DNA of 64,000 nucleotides from a virus (Duplodnaviria; Heunggongvirae; Uroviricota; Caudoviricetes): IMG/VR virus record IMGVR_UViG_3300037067_007156, positions 205,519 to 269,518 of that record; one strand, 5' to 3'. Shown piece by piece: positions 27,996 to 39,392 of this stretch (position 1 is its first letter; each line of letters starts with the position of its first letter). The notes under the pieces were generated by a model. It saw only the letters and a program-made list of their open reading frames with translations, ran no database searches and was not told where the DNA came from. The position numbers and the translations under genes were made by a program.

Positions 27996-29630
27996 ATGGA
28001 TTCAAAATTAAACATTGGGATAACAATTTTTCTACAAGAAGAAAATCACAGTGTTTGGACAAATGGTATAATGCAAAATGCTGTTTATTTAGCAAGGACT
28101 TTTCAAAATTCTTCTAAGAAATATAATGTATATCTTGTTAATACGAGTAACACTAATATTACAAATAAATTGTGTTGGAATTTAAATGAATATAAAACAG
28201 TTCAATTTAATGATATAAAAGATAAATTAGATATTATATTTCCATTGGGTGGTTCTATTGATAAACCAACAACAGAATATTTAAGAAATAGAGGATGTAA
28301 GGTAGTTCCATATAAATGTGGTAACGAATATATTATTAGTATGGAAAATATCATTTTTAACCGTCAAGATATTATTAAAGATTACCCAGAAGTAGACCAA
28401 GTGTGGAATATACCTCAAATGGAAAATACTAACCATCATTATTGGAGAGTGTTACATAATGCTGAAACTATCACAATACCTTTTATTTGGAATCCTATGT
28501 TTTTAAACATGCATATAGATGAGTTAAAAAAACAGGGAAAAAACCCATATTATACACCAAGTAAATTAAGTAAAAAAATATCAATATTTGAACCTAATAT
28601 TAATGTTTATAAATTTTTGATGTATCCAATGTTAATAATTGAAGACTTATATCGGGAATATCCACATTTAATAAAGAGTGTTATGGTAACAAATACTCAA
28701 AAAGTGAGATTAACAAAAGAGCTTGGTTCAATTATGAACCAATTGTCAATAGTTCATGATAAAAAGGCAACATTCGAAAATAGATTTCCTGTTGCTTGGT
28801 TTTTAACCGAACACACTGATGTTGTTGTATCACATCAATGGGAAAATGCTTTAAATTATGCGTATTTAGATGCTATTTATTTGAAATATCCTTTAGTTCA
28901 TAATGCATATTTATGCGAAGATTGTGGTTATTATTATGAGGGGTTTAATGTGACTGAAGGTAAAGAACAATTATTATACGCATTAACTGAACATGATAAA
29001 CATCTGGAAGAATATGATGAAAAAACCCAAAAAGTTTTAGAAAGATATTCTACCGATAATAAAGAAGTTGTAGAAAAATATGATGAATTAATTAGTAATC
29101 TTATGAACACTAAATCGATTATATCAAATTTTGTTCCTACAAGTTTTGGTGCATTTAAATCGGAAATCAAAGATTATATATTAACTAATTTTGATAATGA
29201 TAAAACGACCATATTAGATGTTGGTGCTGGGTGTGGAACTTATGCTGATATTCTTAACGAATATAAAAATATAGATGCTGTTGAAATTTATGAACCCTAT
29301 ATAAATAAATATGATTTAAAAACAAAATATAGAAAAGTTTATAAAACAAATATATTAGATTTTGAATTCGATTATTATGATATAATCATAATGGGGGATA
29401 TATTAGAACATTTAACAATCGATGACGCTCAAAATCTGATAAATAAATTATATAATAAATGTAAACAACTAATAATAAGTGTACCTTTTCTTATGAAACA
29501 GTACGGACTTGAAAATAAAAATGAAGACCATATTCAAGATGATATAACTGAAGAAATTATGGTTACCCGATACCCAAGTTTACAGAAAACATGGAGCAAC
29601 AATATTATTGGAGTATATTTTAAAAAATAA
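27996..29630 (+). CDS. DUF2827-like GT-B protein fused to a class I SAM methyltransferase
   Basis: IGITIF...SVWTNGIMQNA, FEPNI and VVSHQWENALNYAYLDA, then ILDVGAGCGTY...GDILEHL. Confidence 0.75.
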   Translation: MDSKLNIGITIFLQEENHSVWTNGIMQNAVYLARTFQNSSKKYNVYLVNTSNTNITNKLCWNLNEYKTVQFNDIKDKLDIIFPLGGSIDKPTTEYLRNRGCKVVPYKCGNEYIISMENIIFNRQDIIKDYPEVDQVWNIPQMENTNHHYWRVLHNAETITIPFIWNPMFLNMHIDELKKQGKNPYYTPSKLSKKISIFEPNINVYKFLMYPMLIIEDLYREYPHLIKSVMVTNTQKVRLTKELGSIMNQLSIVHDKKATFENRFPVAWFLTEHTDVVVSHQWENALNYAYLDAIYLKYPLVHNAYLCEDCGYYYEGFNVTEGKEQLLYALTEHDKHLEEYDEKTQKVLERYSTDNKEVVEKYDELISNLMNTKSIISNFVPTSFGAFKSEIKDYILTNFDNDKTTILDVGAGCGTYADILNEYKNIDAVEIYEPYINKYDLKTKYRKVYKTNILDFEFDYYDIIIMGDILEHLTIDDAQNLINKLYNKCKQLIISVPFLMKQYGLENKNEDHIQDDITEEIMVTRYPSLQKTWSNNIIGVYFKK

Positions 29631-29638
29631 AAATATTA

Positions 29639-30748
29639 ATGAAGAATATTGCTATTACATTGGGAGTTAGAGAAAATAATGAGAGTTTATGGATTAATGG
29701 TATTAAATTAAATAGTTTATATTTAGCTAAACTTCTTAAAAACATTGGGAAATATAATGTTTTTTTCGCTAATACTACAAGTAAAGATTTCACACAATAT
29801 GCTTTTGACACGAATGAATTTCCAGTACATCATATTTCAGATGTAAAAGACGATATTGATATATTAATATCACTTGGTGGTCAAATAGACCAAGATATGA
29901 CAACATATTTAAAAAATAAAAAAACAAAAATTGTATCATATAAATGCGGAAATGAATATGTCATTAGAATGGAAAATGTTTTATTTAATCAAGATATTGG
30001 AAATTCTATAATATGGTGTAATCCAGATTATGATGAAATATGGTGTGTACCACAGGTTTTTGAACATAATAAATATTATTTCAATAGATTTCATAAAAAT
30101 AATAATGTAAAATCTGTACCATTTATATGGGATTCATTTTTAATTGACGAACTGACTTCAAAATTAAAAAATAATCCACACTATACACCAAAAGAAACAC
30201 CAAAAACAATCGCAATACTTGAACCTAACCAAGATGTTTTAAAATATGCTATGTATCCTATTTTGATTGTTGATGATGTGTATGAACAAAGACCAGAATT
30301 AATTGAAAAATTGTTTGTTACTAATACTTTTAATATCCGAAAACATAAAGTGTTTATAGAATATATGAATCATTTAAGTATTGTAAAAAATCATATGGCC
30401 ACTTTTGAAGATAGATTTTCAACCGTTGAATTCTTAGCCGATTATGCTGATATTGTAGTTAGTCACCAGTGGGATAATCCATTGAATTATTTTTATTTAG
30501 ATGTAGCATATCTCGGTCATGCGATACTACATAATGCCCCTATGTGTAAAAATATTGGATATTATTATGAAGGATTTAATGGTAGTAGTGCTGCTGATAA
30601 ATTAATATGGATTTTGGAAAATCATGATAAGACTTTAGATGAATATAATGAAATAAACAAACAAACTATCTTCTCTTATGATGCTGATAATGAGATTAAT
30701 ATATCAATATACAATAATTTATTAAATAATTTAATTGAAAATTATTAA
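29639..30748 (+). CDS. DUF2827-like GT-B protein (paralog)
   Basis: SLWINGIKLN, LEPNQ and VVSHQWDNPLNYFYLDVA. Confidence 0.75.
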   Translation: MKNIAITLGVRENNESLWINGIKLNSLYLAKLLKNIGKYNVFFANTTSKDFTQYAFDTNEFPVHHISDVKDDIDILISLGGQIDQDMTTYLKNKKTKIVSYKCGNEYVIRMENVLFNQDIGNSIIWCNPDYDEIWCVPQVFEHNKYYFNRFHKNNNVKSVPFIWDSFLIDELTSKLKNNPHYTPKETPKTIAILEPNQDVLKYAMYPILIVDDVYEQRPELIEKLFVTNTFNIRKHKVFIEYMNHLSIVKNHMATFEDRFSTVEFLADYADIVVSHQWDNPLNYFYLDVAYLGHAILHNAPMCKNIGYYYEGFNGSSAADKLIWILENHDKTLDEYNEINKQTIFSYDADNEINISIYNNLLNNLIENY

Positions 30749-30752
30749 AATT

Positions 30753-31559
30753 ATGAAAGATGGAATATCAATTGTAATGGCGTATTATAATAGAAAAAAA
30801 TTACTTATAAATACTTTAAATTCTATAAGTCGTAGTTTGTTATCACCAGAATTATTTGAAATAATTATAGTTGACGATAATAGTTCTGAAGAACATCAAT
30901 TATATGATATTAAAGAAAGATTTAATCATTTAAATATAAATATAATTGAAATAAAAGCAAAACAAAAAGATTGGATAAATTCATCCATAACATATAATAT
31001 TGGATTTAATCATATTCAATTTAACCGAGTTATTATTCAAAATCCTGAATGTTTCCATACTGGTGATATTTTATTATATACTTATGATAATTTGAAATCA
31101 AATGATTATATTGCTTATGGAGCATATAGTTTAAAATATGATGATGATATTAACAATTTTAATATTAAAGATATTCCGATAAATATGAGAGGTGAAAATG
31201 GTTGGATGAATCATTCAACTATTTGGCCAGTTTATTATCATTTTTGTGCAGCTATCTACTATAATAATATTTTAAAATTAAATGGTTTCGATGAGAGATA
31301 TAAGGATGGAATCGCTTTTGACGATAATGAATTAGTAGAACGAATAAAACGTTGTGGATTAAATATGAAAATTGTAGATTATCCTTTTGTTTTACATCAA
31401 TATCATTTTACAGATAAATATCATTTATCATCTCTTATACCAGATGATGAAAAAAATAAAAAAATGGAATTGTTTATTAAGAACAAAGAATTATTTGAAA
31501 ATATAACATTAAAAGAAAATATATACACTGCGCCGAATAATAAATATTTTAAAAAGTGA
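30753..31559 (+). CDS. glycosyltransferase family 2 (GT7C-like C-terminus)
   Basis: ISIVMAYYNR, IIIVDD and GFDERY..GIAFDDNE. Confidence 0.85.
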   Translation: MKDGISIVMAYYNRKKLLINTLNSISRSLLSPELFEIIIVDDNSSEEHQLYDIKERFNHLNINIIEIKAKQKDWINSSITYNIGFNHIQFNRVIIQNPECFHTGDILLYTYDNLKSNDYIAYGAYSLKYDDDINNFNIKDIPINMRGENGWMNHSTIWPVYYHFCAAIYYNNILKLNGFDERYKDGIAFDDNELVERIKRCGLNMKIVDYPFVLHQYHFTDKYHLSSLIPDDEKNKKMELFIKNKELFENITLKENIYTAPNNKYFKK

Positions 31560-31571
31560 AAATGATTTTTT

Positions 31572-32249
31572 ATGAATAATCAACAAATAAAACATATTCA
31601 ACTTTATGCTGAACGACACACTGGTTCTAAATGGTTTGAAGATTGTATAAAACAATATTTGGTTATTCATCAATATTTATTTTCATTAGGTTGGAAACAT
31701 TTTTTTCCAAATATTTATATGCTTGATGGAACTAACTTAAATGAATATCTTTTCATTATATTAAGTAGAAATCCTTATGATTGGATTAAATCTATGCATG
31801 AAAATCCACACCATGCTCATATATCATTAAAAAATAAAACATTAAATGAATTTATAACATTACCTTGGATTAGTATTCATGAAAAGGTTTTAAATAAACA
31901 AAATGGTTTATATCAAGAAAAAGAAATGTTATTTGAAAGAAATCCTCAAACATTGTTATCTTTTTCTAATATAATTGAAATGAGAAACATGAAGAATCAA
32001 TATTTTATTAATTTAAAAAATATTGTTCCTAATATTAAATTCATCAGATATGAAGATATTTGTATGGATATAGTTAAAGTAATGAGTGGTATATCAGAAG
32101 AATTTAAAATTTATAAAACAAATAGAAAAACTACTTACAATTCGATACCTAAATTTGAAAAACAAATTGATGAGGAATCATTAGAATTTATAAATAAAAA
32201 TATTAATTGGGAATTGGAAGAGTTTTTAGGTTATAAAAAAAAAATATAA
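31572..32249 (+). CDS. sulfotransferase-fold protein
   Basis: PAPS-loop-like AERHTGSKW, RNPYDWIKS and IRYED. Confidence 0.55.
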   Translation: MNNQQIKHIQLYAERHTGSKWFEDCIKQYLVIHQYLFSLGWKHFFPNIYMLDGTNLNEYLFIILSRNPYDWIKSMHENPHHAHISLKNKTLNEFITLPWISIHEKVLNKQNGLYQEKEMLFERNPQTLLSFSNIIEMRNMKNQYFINLKNIVPNIKFIRYEDICMDIVKVMSGISEEFKIYKTNRKTTYNSIPKFEKQIDEESLEFINKNINWELEEFLGYKKKI

Positions 32250-32252
32250 TAA

Positions 32253-33848
32253 ATGAATAAATTAATAACTAAAATACCTAATGATATCGGGTTTTCATAT
32301 ATAATATCATATAGGGAAAACGATGAGTTTAGAAAAAAAGATTTAGAAGCGGTTATTAACTATATTTTAAATTTTGGTTTCGAAAATTTCGAAATTATAT
32401 TAATAGAACAAGATATAAAGGAACGTGTTAAAATAAATAAAAATAAAAATATTAAAAAAATATTTATTTATAATGCAGATGTTTTTAACAAGGGTCTTGG
32501 TTACAATATAGGTGCTTTAAATGCTAAATATGATGTTTTAGTTTTTTGTGATGCTGATATTATTCTACCAAAAGAATTTCTTTTAAATGCATTAAATTAC
32601 ACTAAAACTTTTGATGTAGTTGACCCTTATAAAAAAATTTACTATTATGATGAAGTAGTGACTAATAAAATGATTGAAGAAGGTTTCACCAGTTTGAGTG
32701 ATAAAATTGATAAGGAAATTCAGTCATTTGTTATAACAGGTGGTGTTTTTTTAATGAAACGTGATAAATTTATTGAAATTAAAGGTTATGATGAAACATG
32801 TTTTGGATATGGACATGAAGATGATATTTTAGATAGTAAAATAAAAATAATGGGTTATAAATTAATCAGGATGGATAATCAATATTGTATTCATTTATAT
32901 CATCCATTATCTACACCATTATATTACAATCATATTAAAAATAATAAAATATTAGCGGGTGATTATCGTAAACTAACAAAAGATGATTTATTAAAAAAAA
33001 TAAATTCGACAAAAACTTTTGGTGAAAGTATTTACGAAATAACATCTGAAATTAGTGTTGAAAATCAAGAAGATAAAGATGATAATTTTTTAACTAAATC
33101 AAAAAATATTATCACTAATATTTTTAAGAAGGATACTAAAAAACCTATATCAATTATTATTACAGCACATCAGACGCACGATTATATTGAAGAGTGTTTG
33201 GATTCTATTGAAAATCAAACATATTTTAAAGACTATAATAATTATGAAATTTTAGTTGGCGTTGATGACTGTCATGTTACTTTGAAAAAATTAATAAATA
33301 TTCGACCACATTATAGAAATTTGAGGATATTTATGATGGATAGTAATATGGGTACATATGTCACATCAAACACTTTAATAAATATAGCAAAATTTGATAA
33401 TATTATTCGTTTTGATAGTGATGATGTAATGATGCCAGATATGGTAAAAGAAATTGCCGAAAAATCAAATGACTGTGATTTGTTACGTTTTTCGTGTTAT
33501 AATTTTACAACGAGTATTAATGATAAAATTGATGAAAAAGATAAATTTAAATATCCAGAAGGCGTTGTTTTTTATAGAAAAAAAGTTTTTAATATGGCAG
33601 GTGGTTATAGAGGGTGGAAATGTGAAGCTGACACTGAATTTTTAAAAAGAGTTCAAAATTTTATTAGGGTAAAAGAAACAGGAACGTATTTATTTTACAG
33701 AAGAATTCATAATAATAGTCTGACAAAAAGAAAAGAAACAAGTCTTAATAGTGATTTAAGAAACAGTTATAAAGCTCAAATTAGAGTCTATGACAAAAAT
33801 GAAAATATAAAAATTGATAGAGAAACAAATTCTTATATAGAATTTTAA
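32253..33848 (+). CDS. two-domain glycosyltransferase (GT7C/GT2 plus GT2)
   Basis: VFCDAD and GYGHEDD in the first domain; ISIIITAH, GVDD and RFDSDD in the second. Confidence 0.85.
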   Translation: MNKLITKIPNDIGFSYIISYRENDEFRKKDLEAVINYILNFGFENFEIILIEQDIKERVKINKNKNIKKIFIYNADVFNKGLGYNIGALNAKYDVLVFCDADIILPKEFLLNALNYTKTFDVVDPYKKIYYYDEVVTNKMIEEGFTSLSDKIDKEIQSFVITGGVFLMKRDKFIEIKGYDETCFGYGHEDDILDSKIKIMGYKLIRMDNQYCIHLYHPLSTPLYYNHIKNNKILAGDYRKLTKDDLLKKINSTKTFGESIYEITSEISVENQEDKDDNFLTKSKNIITNIFKKDTKKPISIIITAHQTHDYIEECLDSIENQTYFKDYNNYEILVGVDDCHVTLKKLINIRPHYRNLRIFMMDSNMGTYVTSNTLINIAKFDNIIRFDSDDVMMPDMVKEIAEKSNDCDLLRFSCYNFTTSINDKIDEKDKFKYPEGVVFYRKKVFNMAGGYRGWKCEADTEFLKRVQNFIRVKETGTYLFYRRIHNNSLTKRKETSLNSDLRNSYKAQIRVYDKNENIKIDRETNSYIEF

Positions 33849-33870
33849 AATATTAACTTAATTTAAAAAT

Positions 33871-34668
33871 ATGAAAATATCAATTGTAACAGCATATTAT
33901 AATAGGAAACAATTGTTTTTTAATACATTAAAATCTATTGAAAATTATTCATCTAAAGAAGACATTGAAATAATTGCAATTGATGATGCCAGTAATGAAA
34001 ATGAAAGAATCGAAGATTTTATCGATAAAATTAATTTAGATTTAAAAGTAGTACGAATTGAACAAAAAGATAAATGGTGGATAAATCCATCTATCCCTTT
34101 TAACAAGGGATTTAAGATTGCTACTGGTGATGTTATTGTAATTCAGAATCCAGAATGTGTTCATTTTGGTAATATTATAAAGTCTATTAAAGAAAATATT
34201 CAAGATAATACATATTTAAATTTTGGTTGTTATTCTATTGATGAAAAATTAACATCAAAATTTTCATATATAATAAACAAAGATTTTGATTTAAGTAAAC
34301 TAAAATATTATCTTGAACCTATGCAAACAAGAGGTATAACTAAGGATGGTGAAACAGCATGGTATAATCATTCCAAATATAGACCTCATCAGTTACATTT
34401 TTGTTCAGCTATTAGTAAGAAAGATTTGTTCGAGTTGGGTGGTTTTGATGAAAGATATGCCAACGGGATTGCATTTGATGATAATGAATTTTTACAAAGA
34501 ATAAAACGAAAAAAAATGATGATAAAAATGATTGACGACCCATTTACTATTCATCAATTTCATGGTAACACGAATTATACTTCTAAAATTGATTTTTTTA
34601 ATAAAAACCGAGATATTTATTTGAATTATACAATGAGAGAAAATAAAATAAAAATTCAAGATTTATAA
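33871..34668 (+). CDS. glycosyltransferase family 2 (paralog of 30753)
   Basis: ISIVTAYYNR, IAIDD and GFDERYANGIAFDDNE. Confidence 0.85.
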   Translation: MKISIVTAYYNRKQLFFNTLKSIENYSSKEDIEIIAIDDASNENERIEDFIDKINLDLKVVRIEQKDKWWINPSIPFNKGFKIATGDVIVIQNPECVHFGNIIKSIKENIQDNTYLNFGCYSIDEKLTSKFSYIINKDFDLSKLKYYLEPMQTRGITKDGETAWYNHSKYRPHQLHFCSAISKKDLFELGGFDERYANGIAFDDNEFLQRIKRKKMMIKMIDDPFTIHQFHGNTNYTSKIDFFNKNRDIYLNYTMRENKIKIQDL

Positions 34669-34735
34669 ATATTTTTAAGAAACCATATATAATAAATATA
34701 TAATGAAGAATTATTAAAAATAAAGAATATATTAA

Positions 34736-35587
34736 ATGATTCCAAAAAGAATTTTTTTTTATTGGTCTGGTGGTAAATTATCTTGGATGAGATATATGAC
34801 TTTATTTACGTTTAGAAAATTTAATCCAGATTGGGATATAACTCTTTATATTTCAAATAATAATAACGGTAAAAATTGGGGTGGCCGAGAAGAACAAGAT
34901 TTTTCTAATTATATAGGTGATGATTATCTTACACAAGTTGAAAAATTAAATATAAATATTGAAAAAATAATTTTACCCGATGAAATACAATCTAAAGTTA
35001 AAAATTTATCACCTGTACATGAAAGTGATATATTCAGATATTATGAATTATTTTCTAATGGTGGAATATATGCCGATATGGATATTTTATTCTTTAGGCC
35101 AATTGACAACTTATATAATCAATTAGTCGAGAATAATATCGATACACTGGTTCACCAAGATAAAAGTTTTATTACTATTGGGTTTTTGGGTGCTAATAAA
35201 GGGAATGCTTTTTATAAAGAAATATTAGACCAAGCTTTGAATGTTGAATTACACAATAACTATCAATCTTTTGGAGTTGATTTAATTTATAGTATATATG
35301 GTACTAATCGTCAAAATCCTCAAATATTAGATAAAATAGAACATAAACATTCAAAATTAAATATTTTCAATTTAAAAAATGAAACTGTTTATAATTATGA
35401 TTGGACAATGATAGAATATAATTATCAAGTTGGTGTTGATATAAACAGTTTTTCAAATGAATCTATTGGTTATCATTGGTTTGGTGGTCATCCTTTTTCC
35501 CAGATGTATAATAATATTTTATCGGAAAGGAATTTTATAGATTATAATACTACATTTTGTAGGTTGTGTAAAAATATTTTAAAATAA
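34736..35587 (+). CDS. GT32-like DxD glycosyltransferase
   Basis: IPKRIFFYW, SDIFRY..L...GGIYADMD. Confidence 0.85.
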   Translation: MIPKRIFFYWSGGKLSWMRYMTLFTFRKFNPDWDITLYISNNNNGKNWGGREEQDFSNYIGDDYLTQVEKLNINIEKIILPDEIQSKVKNLSPVHESDIFRYYELFSNGGIYADMDILFFRPIDNLYNQLVENNIDTLVHQDKSFITIGFLGANKGNAFYKEILDQALNVELHNNYQSFGVDLIYSIYGTNRQNPQILDKIEHKHSKLNIFNLKNETVYNYDWTMIEYNYQVGVDINSFSNESIGYHWFGGHPFSQMYNNILSERNFIDYNTTFCRLCKNILK

Positions 35588-36330
35588 TGGAAAATAAATT
35601 TATTGTAATAGTACCTGTTTATAATGCTGAACCATACATTGAAAAATGTTTATATTCAATATTAAACCAAACATATAAAAATTACGAATTGGTTGTAATA
35701 GATGATTGTTCAACCGATAAAACATATGAAAATATTAACAAAATTCATGATGAATATAATAATTCTTTCAACATAATTCATAATCATGAAAGAATTGGTT
35801 CACCATTAGCAGCTTTCATAAAAGGAATCGAATTATTTTCTTTTGATAAAGAAGATATTTTAGTAACAGTTGATGGTGATGATTATTTATATGATAATAA
35901 TGTTTTAGAATATCTCAATGAAGTATATTCAAATGAAAATGTTTATATGACATATGGTAGTTTTATACCATTAAGTGGTTCATATGGTAAATATGGTAAA
36001 CACATTCCTGATACCAAAACTTATAGAAAAGGTGGTGCGTGGTATGCATCACATCTTAGAACCGTTAAAAAGAAATTATTTGATTTGATTGATAAAAACG
36101 ATTTAAAAGATAAAAACGGAGAGTATTATAAAATGGCTGGGGATGTTGCATATATGTATCCTATAATAGAAATGGCTGGAAAAAAACATCTATTATTTAT
36201 TGATAAAATTCTATATGTTTACAATGATATGAGTTCTTTAAACGAGATGTATGTAAATACTAATCATCAATTAGAAATTGCAGCAGAAATACGAAATAAA
36301 AAAGAATACAAAGAAATAGATATTATATGA
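35587..36330 (+). CDS. glycosyltransferase family 2
   Basis: IVPVYNAE, IDDCSTD and VDGDD. Confidence 0.9.
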   Translation: MENKFIVIVPVYNAEPYIEKCLYSILNQTYKNYELVVIDDCSTDKTYENINKIHDEYNNSFNIIHNHERIGSPLAAFIKGIELFSFDKEDILVTVDGDDYLYDNNVLEYLNEVYSNENVYMTYGSFIPLSGSYGKYGKHIPDTKTYRKGGAWYASHLRTVKKKLFDLIDKNDLKDKNGEYYKMAGDVAYMYPIIEMAGKKHLLFIDKILYVYNDMSSLNEMYVNTNHQLEIAAEIRNKKEYKEIDII

Positions 36331-37217
36331 TAATTAATAGAAAGAAAGAAAATATTAATTTAAGACTTAATAATGAATTTGAATATCTTAAAATTAAATA
36401 TAAAAATATAGCATTTAATATTCAAGATTGGAACGGACGACCAAATAACAGGCCTAATGGGAAAAATATATTAATAGCAACTGAGGGTTATATAACAATA
36501 CCAAATAATTATAATCCAGAAATAATAAAACAATATGATGCTTTTATAACTTATAATTCAAAATTTAAAGAATTACACCCCGATTTAAATATACATCTTC
36601 AAAATGCACCTATAAATTGTGGTGATTTTTATGAATTAGAGACACATTTAAATTATAAAAATAAAATAAAAGGTGTTTGTTCTATACAAAGAGTTTATAA
36701 TACTGGTTCTGCTGGTGATATTAATTACATGAAAGATTCTGTTATGAAAGGTTTAAATGTTGAACCACATTTGTGTTTACACACTTTTGGCCCTAAACCA
36801 TTTGGAAAACCAGATTCTTATCAATGTAATTTAGAAGCACCACCAAATCATTATAAAAATTTAAAAAAAATAAATGATTATTTATTCTGTTGGTGTCCAG
36901 AACCTATCTATCATGAATTGTGGAGTTATAATTATGTAACAGAAAGATTATTTAATTGTTTTAAATCTAAAACAATTGCTATATATTATGGATGTTACAA
37001 TATAGAAAATTTAGTTCCAACTGAGTTGTTTATTGATTTTAGAAATTTTCAATCATTGAATGAATTAAGTCAATATTTAATTGAATTATCTAATGATGAA
37101 AAAAAATATACAGAAATTGTAGAAGCTGCATACAATTGGAATTTAAAAAATAAATTAGGTAGTATTACATTATTGGAAGAAATATTTCAAGAATGTATTC
37201 AAAAATATAGAATATAA
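36327..37217 (+). CDS. GT10 (alpha-1,3-fucosyltransferase)-like protein
   Basis: YLFCWCPE...NYVTERLFNCF..KTIAIYYG..NI resembles the GT10 signature. Confidence 0.7.
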   Translation: MIINRKKENINLRLNNEFEYLKIKYKNIAFNIQDWNGRPNNRPNGKNILIATEGYITIPNNYNPEIIKQYDAFITYNSKFKELHPDLNIHLQNAPINCGDFYELETHLNYKNKIKGVCSIQRVYNTGSAGDINYMKDSVMKGLNVEPHLCLHTFGPKPFGKPDSYQCNLEAPPNHYKNLKKINDYLFCWCPEPIYHELWSYNYVTERLFNCFKSKTIAIYYGCYNIENLVPTELFIDFRNFQSLNELSQYLIELSNDEKKYTEIVEAAYNWNLKNKLGSITLLEEIFQECIQKYRI

Positions 37218-37218
37218 A

Positions 37219-38028
37219 ATGAATATCATAGTATTTAGTAAAGATAGGGCGATGCAATTAGAACTATTTCTTCGTAGTTTTAATAAATATGTAACAAATT
37301 ATGTAAATTATAAAATAAATATATTATACACATTTTCTAATGAAAATTTTAAATTAGGTTATGATAAATTAATGAAAAAATATAATTATCTATCTTCAGA
37401 ATCTAATTTGAGTGTTAACTGGGTAAAAGAAACTGATTTTAAATCAAATTTAATATCATTGATTGATATGAACAATAACTATATAGTTTTCTTTGTAGAT
37501 GATATTGTATTTAAAAATCCTATTGATTTTTACGACGAACAAATGACCATATTTGAAAATGACCCCGATATATTATGTAGAAGTCTTAGGTTACAACCAA
37601 ATTTTAAATATTCTTATGCTTCAAAAGAAATTATGACTAATCCAGAGTTTTTAGAACATAATATATATAACTGGAAAGATGAAAGTGGTGATTATGGTTA
37701 TCCAATGTCAGTTGATGGTCATATATACAGAACAAAAGATATAATACCATATATTTTAAAATTACCATATAAAAATCCTAATTCATTCGAGGGTCAAATG
37801 GCTATATATCCAATGCTTAAACCAAAAATGATTATTTATGATAAGTCAATTATAATAAATAATCCATGTAATAAAGTTCAAACTAATAATCCAAATTTTC
37901 ATGGTAACATAAGTGCTGAATTTTTAAATAATAAATATTTAGATGGATATATTATTAGTTTAGAAAATTTTGATGGTATCGAAACTGAAACTTGTCATCA
38001 GGAAATAAATTTAATATTCAAAAAATAA
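37219..38028 (+). CDS. GT-A-fold putative glycosyltransferase
   Basis: IVFSKDRAMQL, FFVDD and YPMSVDGHIY. Confidence 0.6.
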   Translation: MNIIVFSKDRAMQLELFLRSFNKYVTNYVNYKINILYTFSNENFKLGYDKLMKKYNYLSSESNLSVNWVKETDFKSNLISLIDMNNNYIVFFVDDIVFKNPIDFYDEQMTIFENDPDILCRSLRLQPNFKYSYASKEIMTNPEFLEHNIYNWKDESGDYGYPMSVDGHIYRTKDIIPYILKLPYKNPNSFEGQMAIYPMLKPKMIIYDKSIIINNPCNKVQTNNPNFHGNISAEFLNNKYLDGYIISLENFDGIETETCHQEINLIFKK

Positions 38029-38044
38029 AAATAAAAATATCATT

Positions 38045-38668
38045 ATGTTATTATCATTAAAAAAATTAAAAGAGGATTTTAAACTTAATATCACAGGTGT
38101 GATACACATTGGTGCACATCATGGTCAGGAGTTTAAATATTATATAGAAAATAATATAGAAAATATGTTATTCTTTGAACCGCTTAAAAAAAATTATAAT
38201 GTTTTATTGAATAATATTCAACTATCCGAGAAAGTGAAAGCATATAATATGGCACTGGGGAATATAGAAGGTGAAATTGGTATGTACGTGGAGTCTGCGA
38301 ACCAAGGCCAAAGTAGTTCAATTTTAGAACCGAAATTACATATATCTCAATATCCACATATTGTTTTTAATGACCGAGAAGTAGTTCAAATTAACAAGTT
38401 AGATAATATACAATTTGAAAAAAGTAATTTCAATATGATTAATATTGATGTTCAGGGTTATGAGTTGGAAGCATTTAAAGGTGCTATTGAAACATTAAAC
38501 TCTATTGATATTATATACACTGAAGTAAATCGTGATGAAGTTTACTTAAATTGTGCCAAAGTATATGAATTGGATGATTTTTTAGACCAATATAATTTTA
38601 AACGTGTTATTACAACATGGGACGGAAAAACATGGGGTGATGCACTTTATTTAAAAATGAAAACGTAG
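38045..38668 (+). CDS. FkbM-family methyltransferase
   Basis: IHIGAHHGQE, FFEP, IDVQGYEL and WGDALY. Confidence 0.9.
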   Translation: MLLSLKKLKEDFKLNITGVIHIGAHHGQEFKYYIENNIENMLFFEPLKKNYNVLLNNIQLSEKVKAYNMALGNIEGEIGMYVESANQGQSSSILEPKLHISQYPHIVFNDREVVQINKLDNIQFEKSNFNMINIDVQGYELEAFKGAIETLNSIDIIYTEVNRDEVYLNCAKVYELDDFLDQYNFKRVITTWDGKTWGDALYLKMKT

Positions 38669-38669
38669 T

Positions 38670-39392
38670 ATGATATCATTAGCTATTCCAACATATAATA
38701 GACCTTTATTAACATTAGAATCTTTTAGTTTAGTAATAAATAATGATTATATTAATGAAATTGTTATTGTTGATGACGGGTCTATTCAAAAACATTTTGA
38801 TTGTCTTAAAAATGAAGTAGAGAAATTGAATAATCCGAAAATAAAACTATTTCAAAATGATAGTAATTTTGGCCCGCTTTTGAATAAAAATATCACAGTA
38901 AATAAATGCCAGAATGAATGGGTAGTATTATTGGATTCGGATAATATAATCGATGACACATATATAGAAATAATTAGAAAAATTGAGAAAAATTCTGATA
39001 CTTTATATTGTCCAGCATTTTTATATCAAGATATAACTAAAAATTCAATATCATTAAATTATAAAGAGTTTGTTGGTCTTGATATAAATAAAAACACTCT
39101 AAAAAAATACTTAGAGATGAAATTATTTGATGCTTTATTAAATACTGGAAATTATTTAGTGAATAAGAATAGTTATTTAAGTATTTTAAAAGACAAAGAA
39201 ATTGATAATATATTAAGTGTGAATGATGCGTTATATTTTTCTTATTTATGGTTAATGGAGGGTTTTAAAATAGAAGTAGTTCCAGATTTAGCTTATATAC
39301 ACAGAGTTCATAACAATAGTTGGTATATTACTCATACAAATGAGTGTCAATTATCAACAACTGAAATTTTTAAAAAAATAAAAAATTTATAA
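38670..39392 (+). CDS. glycosyltransferase family 2
   Basis: ISLAIPTYNR, IVDDGS and LLDSDN. Confidence 0.85.
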   Translation: MISLAIPTYNRPLLTLESFSLVINNDYINEIVIVDDGSIQKHFDCLKNEVEKLNNPKIKLFQNDSNFGPLLNKNITVNKCQNEWVVLLDSDNIIDDTYIEIIRKIEKNSDTLYCPAFLYQDITKNSISLNYKEFVGLDINKNTLKKYLEMKLFDALLNTGNYLVNKNSYLSILKDKEIDNILSVNDALYFSYLWLMEGFKIEVVPDLAYIHRVHNNSWYITHTNECQLSTTEIFKKIKNL

